A stretch of DNA of 64,000 nt from Candidatus Eremiobacteria bacterium. GTDB lineage: Bacteria; Vulcanimicrobiota; Vulcanimicrobiia; Vulcanimicrobiales; Vulcanimicrobiaceae. This document shows positions 57,938-64,000 of the stretch, piece by piece. Position 1 is the first letter of the stretch. Each line of letters opens with the position of its first letter. The stretch lies in NCBI GenBank assembly GCA_963758295.1, contig CAVWUU010000004.1, positions 1,248,001-1,312,000 of the forward strand, given 5' to 3'. The notes below the pieces were generated by a model. It had not been told where the DNA came from. It was given only the letters and a program-made list of their open reading frames with translations, and did no database searches. A program made the position numbers and the translations under genes.

Positions 57938-59359
57938 ATGGAACGAGGAATTCTCATCGACCGCAGCTCGCCGATTCCGTTGCAAAAGCAGCTAGAAGAT
58001 GCGCTGCGCTCCGCAATCCTGAGCGGGCGCCTCGAGCCCGGTGAACGTCTTCTTGCAAGCCGGGAATTCCAAAAGCACCTGGGGCTTTCACGAAATACGG
58101 TTGTAAACGCGCTCGGACAACTCCACGCCGAAGGGTATCTCGTGACGCGCCGCGGGATCGGCACATTCGTCGCCGCGCACGTACAAGTCCGTAACAACGA
58201 TGTGCGTAGGGAATACGATCCCGTAGTACCGTCAAATCGGGCGCAGCGTTATTTAGATGTTGAGTCCTTGGCGGCGAATCTCGAGTACACGGCGCCCTTT
58301 CGCCCTGGAATGCCGGCGCTGGATATGTTCCCCGGCGACCAATTTCGCCGCGCGTTACGGACTGCGACGATCGACGATCGGGACCTTCTCGACTACGCGA
58401 GCCCTTACGGCCATTCATCGTTAAGAGAAGCGATAGCAAAGCGACTCGGACAGACCCGGGGCATCGTGTGCTCCTCCGATGATATTCTTATTACGAATGG
58501 AGCGCAGGCAGCATTCAGTTTGATTGCACGCGTTATGCTGAGCCCGAGAGATCTGGTGATTGTCGAAGATCCGGGTTATGCCAACGTCCGGGCCGTCATG
58601 ATCGGCGAGGGCGCCAAGGTTCTCGGCGTGCCGATAGACGGCGACGGCATTATCGTGCGCTCGTTCGAATCGCGGCGGGCACGCCTCGTCTGCGTCACCC
58701 CTTCTCATCAGTATCCGACCGGAGCGGTTCTTTCGTTAGACCGCCGGTTTCGACTGCTGGATTGGGCCTCAAAACAGGATGCTTGGATCGTTGAAGATGA
58801 CTACGACTCTGAATTCAATTTTACGAATCATCCGCAACCGGCCTTGCAAGGGTTGAGCGGCGGCGGCCGCGTCATCTATGTGGGCACGTTCAGCAAAGTT
58901 TTGTCGCCGAGCCTGCGCGTGGCGTACATGGTCGTGCCGCGATCTTTACGGGCATCTTTTCAAGCCGTACATGTAACCACCGGCGGCCCGCCAAGCAGTC
59001 ATATGCAGAAGGCTCTTGCAACCTTCATCGAAGCCGGCTGGCTCGGCCGCCATGTTTCGAAAATGCGCTCGATTTACGATGAGCGTCGTCGATTCGTGCA
59101 CGAACGGCTCAAGCAGCGCGCGAACGGACGACTGGAGATTCACGACTCGCGCGCCGGGTTGCACTTCATCGCCGCATTGCCGGAACACATTTCCGACGTC
59201 GCAGTGTCTCGCCGCGCGTCTAAACGAGGACTAACCGTCCCGGCTCTCTCAGAATACCACTATACTTCTCCGAAGCGTAACGGACTCGTAATCGGATATG
59301 CAGCAACTCCCGTCAGCGCCGCAGATGCGGCGATTCAAAATCTGGTAGACTGCCTGTAA
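57938..59359 (+). CDS. MocR/GabR family regulator (GntR HTH plus PLP-dependent aminotransferase-like domain)
   Basis: AILSGRL.PGERL..SR..LGLSRNTV; EDPGY, TPSHQYPTG, EDDYDSEF, GTFSKVLSP.LR. Confidence 0.93.
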   Translation: MERGILIDRSSPIPLQKQLEDALRSAILSGRLEPGERLLASREFQKHLGLSRNTVVNALGQLHAEGYLVTRRGIGTFVAAHVQVRNNDVRREYDPVVPSNRAQRYLDVESLAANLEYTAPFRPGMPALDMFPGDQFRRALRTATIDDRDLLDYASPYGHSSLREAIAKRLGQTRGIVCSSDDILITNGAQAAFSLIARVMLSPRDLVIVEDPGYANVRAVMIGEGAKVLGVPIDGDGIIVRSFESRRARLVCVTPSHQYPTGAVLSLDRRFRLLDWASKQDAWIVEDDYDSEFNFTNHPQPALQGLSGGGRVIYVGTFSKVLSPSLRVAYMVVPRSLRASFQAVHVTTGGPPSSHMQKALATFIEAGWLGRHVSKMRSIYDERRRFVHERLKQRANGRLEIHDSRAGLHFIAALPEHISDVAVSRRASKRGLTVPALSEYHYTSPKRNGLVIGYAATPVSAADAAIQNLVDCL

Positions 59360-59368
59360 TCGCTTTGG

Positions 59369-60121
59369 CTAACAACGCAGACGCGAACGCCGGGTCGGCT
59401 TCAGCCGCCACACTTCAGGCGGGGAATAATTTTTCAGCTCTGCAAAGCGCCGGCGAACCGCCGGCCAATCCGGATCGGCTGCCACGGACCGCTCGTAAGC
59501 GTTAAACGCTTCTTCATTGGGAAAGCATGCGAACCAGGCGAACGTTTCGACGTTCCGGATAGGCAATGCCGTGAAATTATTTTCACTTCTTTCCGTTACG
59601 TAAGAACCGATAATACGAGCCCCGGCGCGAGTTACAAGGGGACGAATTTGCTGTTCGAACAAACTGACGAAATCGTCGGTGACCGCTTTTTCCGGATGAT
59701 AAATCGTCGCGATCAGCAGCCCGTTTTCTACCGATTGCATTGCGTCGGGGCCCGGATCGGGCATTATCGGAAGCCCGGAATCTTTTGCTGCCGGACGAAC
59801 CATGAGGACGTTGTCCGAATCGACCATCGTTGCGTTTGCTTCAGCGCGGTGCGCTTTCCATAACGGCCCGTAATAGAAGGACGGTAGCGCTTTTCCTCGC
59901 TCCTCCATGCTGGAGAACCCGCGGATCCAGAAAAACCTGTTAGGGTCGTCTAGCGTTCGAAATGAGCCAATAACCGTCATCCCGCTCTCCGTTAACCCAT
60001 CGGTGAAATACCGGTCAAACAGATCGACTAGAACGTCGCGTTTCTCCGGGAATAGCGTATATTGGCGAATCTCTACGACAGCGCAGCATTGTTTCGCATC
60101 AGAACGCGAGGCAGCGAGCAA
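59369..60121 (-). CDS. NIPSNAP family protein (two domains)
   Basis: VVEIRQYTL.P..RD, GSFR.LDDP.RF.WIRGF, FYYGP.WKAHR..ANATMVDSDNVL; TTG 60121 behind GGAGGG (ATG 60166 is an alternative). Confidence 0.8.
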   Translation of the reverse strand: MLAASRSDAKQCCAVVEIRQYTLFPEKRDVLVDLFDRYFTDGLTESGMTVIGSFRTLDDPNRFFWIRGFSSMEERGKALPSFYYGPLWKAHRAEANATMVDSDNVLMVRPAAKDSGLPIMPDPGPDAMQSVENGLLIATIYHPEKAVTDDFVSLFEQQIRPLVTRAGARIIGSYVTERSENNFTALPIRNVETFAWFACFPNEEAFNAYERSVAADPDWPAVRRRFAELKNYSPPEVWRLKPTRRSRLRC

Positions 60122-60187
60122 AGTATCCCTCCGATGAACGCGATGAGGCTCCAGTCGCTGGAACATACACCATAGTTGCGGCGAATG

Positions 60188-60232
60188 GTGGGCCCGGTAA
60201 AGGCCCACGTTCGAACAATTGTTTGGAGCCAC
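60188..60232. promoter_or_regulatory. Predicted MocR-family operator: GTGGGCC-N7-GGCCCAC plus a third half-site GAGCCAC
   Basis: Perfect inverted repeat; third half-site again 24 bp after the second; upstream of the NIPSNAP gene. Confidence 0.55.
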
Positions 60233-60309
60233 CGGGTTTGGACTGGCCTACTCGGAGCGCGATGCGTGACTTGTCGTTTATGACAGTGGCCTTACAGCGA
60301 TACTCGGAA

Positions 60310-60330
60310 CTGGCTCTTTACTGGGGCCAC
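60310..60330. promoter_or_regulatory. Additional MocR-type inverted repeat CTGGCTC-N7-GGGCCAC
   Basis: Same N7 spacing, 22 bp upstream of the winged-helix-TPR gene. Confidence 0.4.
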
Positions 60331-60352
60331 CATACGGGTTCAGGATCATAAC

Positions 60353-61693
60353 ATGGACTCACATGGCAGCCTTTCCGGCGTGGTCGAGGCGTCGTTCGGG
60401 CGATTTACGTTCGACATGAAGCAGCGCAGGCTCTTATATGCCGGCCGGCATGTTGCGTTGCGGCCGAAAGAATCGGAATTGCTTGCCGTTCTGTGTGAAC
60501 GCCGGCCGGGAGTCGTCTCACGCGAGCACATGCTGCGAGCCCTTTGGGGAACCGTTGGCAACGAAGCAGCGCTGAATCAAACCATTTACCGGCTTCGCCT
60601 GGCCTTAGCGAAGCATGATGACGTCGACTTCCTTGAAACGGTACCAAAACGCGGATTGCGCCTTACTGGTCCGCCACCGGTTCAACGCAAGGCATCCCCT
60701 GATGCGCTTCACCCCTCGTTTTTGCTATTTCAGAAGGCCGTCGCGCTGTACAGGCAGCGGCACGAGCACGCGGTGTTGGGCGCAATCGACATTCTCGAGC
60801 GCGTTTGTGCGCAAGATCCGGACTACGTGCCGGCGCTCGAAACGCTCGCGAGCGCTTACTGCATCGCCGGAACGCGCCTCTTCTTCTCGCCGGACCAAGC
60901 GTATCAGCGCGCACGCACCTTAGTGGAGCGCGCCATAACGCTCAACCCGTCGTCATCGCGAGCGCATGCAACGCTCGCGACGCTCTTACTGTTCTACAAT
61001 GTCGATCGCGCATTCGTACGTGACGCAACCGAAACGGCGCTTCTCCTTGGTTCGACGTGCTCCGCGGCTCGCTCCGCGGCCGTCTGGGAAGCTATCTCAC
61101 GGCACGATTTTCCGGCAGCACTCGGTCATGCCGATATTGCGGTCATGCACGAACCCGCATCGCCGTTCTCCACCACGATGTTGGGAATCGCTTTATATTT
61201 TGCGGAGCGACAGACGGAGGCGCACCAAGCCTTCGACATGGCGTGCTCGCTCGATCCGGGAAATGCTATAGCGCTTTTCTATAACGCCTGCAGTTACGCC
61301 GTTGAAGCGGAATACGGCAAAGCGCAAGAGACGCTATCGTGTATTGAGGGACGTGACATGGCGAACCGGGTTGTCGCCATGAATGGCTATCTCTCTGCCA
61401 AGCTCGGAGATTCAACGGGCGTCAGACGCGCGATGGCAGCGCTCCGATGCGCCGCCATCCCATCACACGTATCCCAATGCGCCGTTGAAATCGCCATGGG
61501 CTATTACGCGCGGGCAGCCGCAACGCTGGGAGTCGCTTTGAGAACGGGAGAACCGGGACTCTTCCTTGCCGCAGCGGATCCTCTCTACCAGCCTCTTAAG
61601 AGCCGTTTCCCTGATTTAATGTTCTCGATCGAGCGAGGACAACCGGGACAATCGGATGGATATAGCGCGGAAGTTGCTGAGCGACGCTTGTGA
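60353..61693 (+). CDS. OmpR/CadC-type winged-helix DNA-binding domain fused to TPR repeats
   Basis: FGRFTFD...L..G..V.LRPKE.ELL..L..RPG.VSRE..LW..L.Q.IYRLR.AL..ETVPKRG; TPR-like RAITLNPS, ACSLDPGN. Confidence 0.85.
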   Translation: MDSHGSLSGVVEASFGRFTFDMKQRRLLYAGRHVALRPKESELLAVLCERRPGVVSREHMLRALWGTVGNEAALNQTIYRLRLALAKHDDVDFLETVPKRGLRLTGPPPVQRKASPDALHPSFLLFQKAVALYRQRHEHAVLGAIDILERVCAQDPDYVPALETLASAYCIAGTRLFFSPDQAYQRARTLVERAITLNPSSSRAHATLATLLLFYNVDRAFVRDATETALLLGSTCSAARSAAVWEAISRHDFPAALGHADIAVMHEPASPFSTTMLGIALYFAERQTEAHQAFDMACSLDPGNAIALFYNACSYAVEAEYGKAQETLSCIEGRDMANRVVAMNGYLSAKLGDSTGVRRAMAALRCAAIPSHVSQCAVEIAMGYYARAAATLGVALRTGEPGLFLAAADPLYQPLKSRFPDLMFSIERGQPGQSDGYSAEVAERRL

Positions 61694-61784
61694 GTTATAA
61701 CGCGAGGTAACACGGCGCCCACGCAGCAGCGGTGGATTTTCGTGCTTTCGTCACGCGCGCGCAATCGAATCGTTTGCAAGTATT

Positions 61785-62132
61785 GTGGACGGACGTATTT
61801 CGTTGATTGTGTATCCCACGAAAGACCTGCAAAAGGCGAAGATGTTGTACACTCGCGTACTCGGCGTTGAACCATATGCCGACCAACCTTATTACGTGGG
61901 TTATAGGCTTGGCGACATGGAGATTGGGTTAGACCCTAATGCCCAGACTAAGGGTGTCTGGGGACCGGTCAGCTACGTGAGCGTTAAAGATATCAGCGCG
62001 GCAGCCACGGCTGCCGTGGACGCCGGAGCAAGCATCGTGCAGGGCATCACCGATCTTGGTTACGGAAAGCAGATTGCCATCTTACAAGATGACGACGGCA
62101 ATCTGATCGGATTGCTTGAGGCTACGCAATAA
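61785..62132 (+). CDS. VOC/glyoxalase family protein
   Basis: YPTKDL.KAK..Y..VLG.EP..DQPYYVG, IGLDPN, V.DI, D.DGNLIGL. Confidence 0.8.
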   Translation: MDGRISLIVYPTKDLQKAKMLYTRVLGVEPYADQPYYVGYRLGDMEIGLDPNAQTKGVWGPVSYVSVKDISAAATAAVDAGASIVQGITDLGYGKQIAILQDDDGNLIGLLEATQ

Positions 62133-62153
62133 GGCTTCGGCAGCCCAGGGCCC

Positions 62154-62525
62154 TTAAATCCATTCAGGAGCCGCCGTTCTTTCGCCGCCTGATGCGCCGG
62201 TATTAACGGTGGACTTTGGTTCCAGCAGCAAAATCTTCGTGTCCGCCAACGCGACCGGCTTATGTTCCACGCCGTGCGGGACAATAAGAAACTCATTTGG
62301 GCCAAAGCGCTCAATGCAGTCCACGCCGCCATGCCGATAATGCATCGTGATTTCGCCTTCGATCACGAGAAATAATTCGTCTTCCGATTCATGGCGGTGC
62401 CACACAAATTCGCCGTCCAGCTTGACAAGCTTCACGTGGAAGTCGTTTAGTTCGCCGACAATCTTTGGGCTCCACGTATCAGCAAAGGCGCCGAATTTCT
62501 CATGTAAATTGACCTTCGAGAGCAT
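62154..62525 (-). CDS. Cupin domain protein
   Basis: WSPKIVGELN..VKL.GEFVWH.H..EDELF.V..G, VP.GVEHKP, LLEP.ST.NTG. Confidence 0.85.
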   Translation of the reverse strand: MLSKVNLHEKFGAFADTWSPKIVGELNDFHVKLVKLDGEFVWHRHESEDELFLVIEGEITMHYRHGGVDCIERFGPNEFLIVPHGVEHKPVALADTKILLLEPKSTVNTGASGGERTAAPEWI

Positions 62526-62616
62526 CCTCTATCTCCAATGTTCGGGCTACTTCAAAGATGGCCCAACGGCCACCTGAGGGTAACGCAGAAACGATTCACG
62601 TGCACGTGAAGTATTT

Positions 62617-63351
62617 ATGCCCGATAATACCACTATGGAATATGCATGGATCGTTTTTAATGACAGCGAGGTAGAGGAAGTCCTCCAGCACCCGGACCTC
62701 CATGTACGCCCGCCTGACGAACGCATTCCGTTAGCGATGCAAGGGACGGTGCTGGCAGACATCTTCGAGCGCCTCGTGCGTATGAACGAAGGCGAGCGGC
62801 ATAGCGCCTTGCGCCGAAGCGTCGACGGAATCATCGGAAACTGGAATGTCGAGAGTCTAATCGCTGTCGCCCACAATGCGATGAACGAAGTCGATGCCCG
62901 AGATGTGGCAGCTTACGTCGTTGCGGTGATGATTGGTTTGGACAAGCCGGCGGCGGCAATGCCGTTGATTCGAGATTTCGCCGGCGCAATTGCCGGCGGG
63001 GCTTCCGACGACGCGATTGCGCGAGGCGTAGCCGCCGCGCCTGAGCTCCTTGAACGGCTTCCGCCTCACGGTAACGCGGACGAGCGGGCAAATTTGCTGG
63101 GCTTCTTATTCCAGACCTACGCCGCGACCGGAACCATGATCGAGAATCGTTTGCAGGCGCGAGAAGCCCCGCCCGTCACTATGACAAGGCGCTGGGCAGA
63201 CCGAGACCTCGAACTATTCGGTGCGAACATCCGGCGTGGCGACCAGCTCACAATCCTCTTATCGTCGCCCAAATTCTATTTCGGAGCGGGTCGCCATGGG
63301 TGTCCGGGCCGGCACATCGCCGATATAATCGTGAATGCCGTCACCACTTAG
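62617..63351 (+). CDS. Unusually short cytochrome P450-like protein (244 aa)
   Basis: C-terminal FGAGRHGCPG heme-thiolate motif; EG.RH..LR; I-helix-like ANLLGFLFQTYAATG; PPV..TRR. Confidence 0.65.
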   Translation: MPDNTTMEYAWIVFNDSEVEEVLQHPDLHVRPPDERIPLAMQGTVLADIFERLVRMNEGERHSALRRSVDGIIGNWNVESLIAVAHNAMNEVDARDVAAYVVAVMIGLDKPAAAMPLIRDFAGAIAGGASDDAIARGVAAAPELLERLPPHGNADERANLLGFLFQTYAATGTMIENRLQAREAPPVTMTRRWADRDLELFGANIRRGDQLTILLSSPKFYFGAGRHGCPGRHIADIIVNAVTT

Positions 63352-63354
63352 CCG

Positions 63355-63555
63355 TTATGCGTGTGCCAAGACGGCGCCGCGCATTTTCTTCCATTCAAAA
63401 TAGGAAACGGACATGCTCACCAGCATGATCAGCGGGAACGATGCCTGCGCTCCGTCGCCTGACGAATCATGCCAATACGTTGCCCCGAGAGGCACTACAA
63501 GCAGGAGCGAAAATATCCAATAGGTCGTTTTATTTCCGGCAACTCCGCGCGTCAC
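63355..63555 (-). CDS. Small membrane protein with two hydrophobic segments
   Basis: GAGGAG upstream of GTG; YWIFSLLLVVPLGATYW and FPLIMLVSMSVSYF. Confidence 0.45.
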   Translation of the reverse strand: MTRGVAGNKTTYWIFSLLLVVPLGATYWHDSSGDGAQASFPLIMLVSMSVSYFEWKKMRGAVLAHA

Positions 63556-63665
63556 GAGAACTCCTCATACAGCCTCTTTACGGAGAAAGTGTGACAGCAC
63601 GTCGAAATTCATTTACGTTAAGGACCATGGCGATGTCCGTGGCGTTCTAGGGGGTTGAATTGTAA

Positions 63666-63836
63666 ATGCAAGACGAGTCGGCCAAACCGGCAGTGCTCAC
63701 CTTAAATCCGGTATTTCAGACGGTGGACTGGTCAACCGTCGAAGAAGAGCGACACGGCGGCCTAGGCGGCGTGGCTTACTGGCGCATTCGCATGTTTAAT
63801 GGCGTGCGCATTCGGATGGTGCGATACACTGCCGGT
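63666..63836 (+). CDS. 5' part of a DHCW-motif cupin fold protein, interrupted by unrelated sequence
   Basis: FQTVDWS.V..ERH.G..GVAYWR...NGVRIRMV.YTAG; the expected Y.ADHWC continuation is absent; missing from the ORF track because the frame runs off the window. Confidence 0.6.
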
Positions 63837-63854
63837 ATCTTATCAGCCGCTTTC

Positions 63855-63940
63855 CCTCCTCCTCCCCCCATTGAAGCATCAGCCATTCGAGCGCGAAAAC
63901 CTCCTCCCCGCCCCCCCCACCCCCCCCCCCCCCCCCCCCA
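63855..63940. repeat. Low-complexity poly-C and (CCT)n tract
   Basis: CCTCCTCCTCCCCCC and a run of 20 C (63920-63939), unlike the rest of the window. Confidence 0.8.
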
Positions 63941-64000
63941 CCGGCCATTCCAAGCTGTTGACAGGTGGCCGCCCGAGTTTGAAAAATCTAGCATCGTCAG

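Noticed and set aside
60281..60296. TGACA-N6-TTACA upstream of the winged-helix-TPR gene as a sixth box
   Set aside because: One fixed position mismatches and there is a single instance; too weak to count.
63776..63994. Gly-rich 72-aa minus-strand ORF
   Set aside because: Produced by the poly-C tract in a probably artefactual end, and it overlaps the cupin fragment.

Overview
GC-rich, densely coding bacterial chromosome segment. The three large outer-membrane receptors with an SQVTWALAGTTG-type signal end suggest Candidatus Eremiobacterota (Vulcanimicrobiota); this is an inference, not a database result. Bases 1-37 kb are mostly housekeeping and metabolic genes: nnrD, hemL, Mrp/ApbC, a Rieske oxygenase-SolA-APC permease cluster, folate genes with FolK-MptA/FolE2 and PabB-PabC fusions, a frameshifted manA, dacB, msrB, a radical SAM enzyme, gdhA and aqpZ. 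Bases 37-64 kb look accessory and are rich in regulators. The most notable pattern is a module that occurs three times: a cysteine-rich TonB-dependent-receptor-like gene next to a 450-510 aa protein of an uncharacterised family (N-terminal HTH plus TPR-like helices). Five TGNCA-N6-TGNCA boxes lie upstream of four of these six genes. Also seen: a predicted MocR operator architecture repeated upstream of a DUF1579-like gene and a NIPSNAP gene, a hairpin covering part of the ribosome-binding site of the third receptor, a CGTC-type REP-like hairpin element, an internally deleted xdhC remnant, a 244-aa miniature cytochrome P450, and a probable chimeric or low-quality sequence end. I found no rRNA, tRNA, CRISPR array, transposase or integrase. 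All calls come from motif recognition by eye; revised starts are my estimates.
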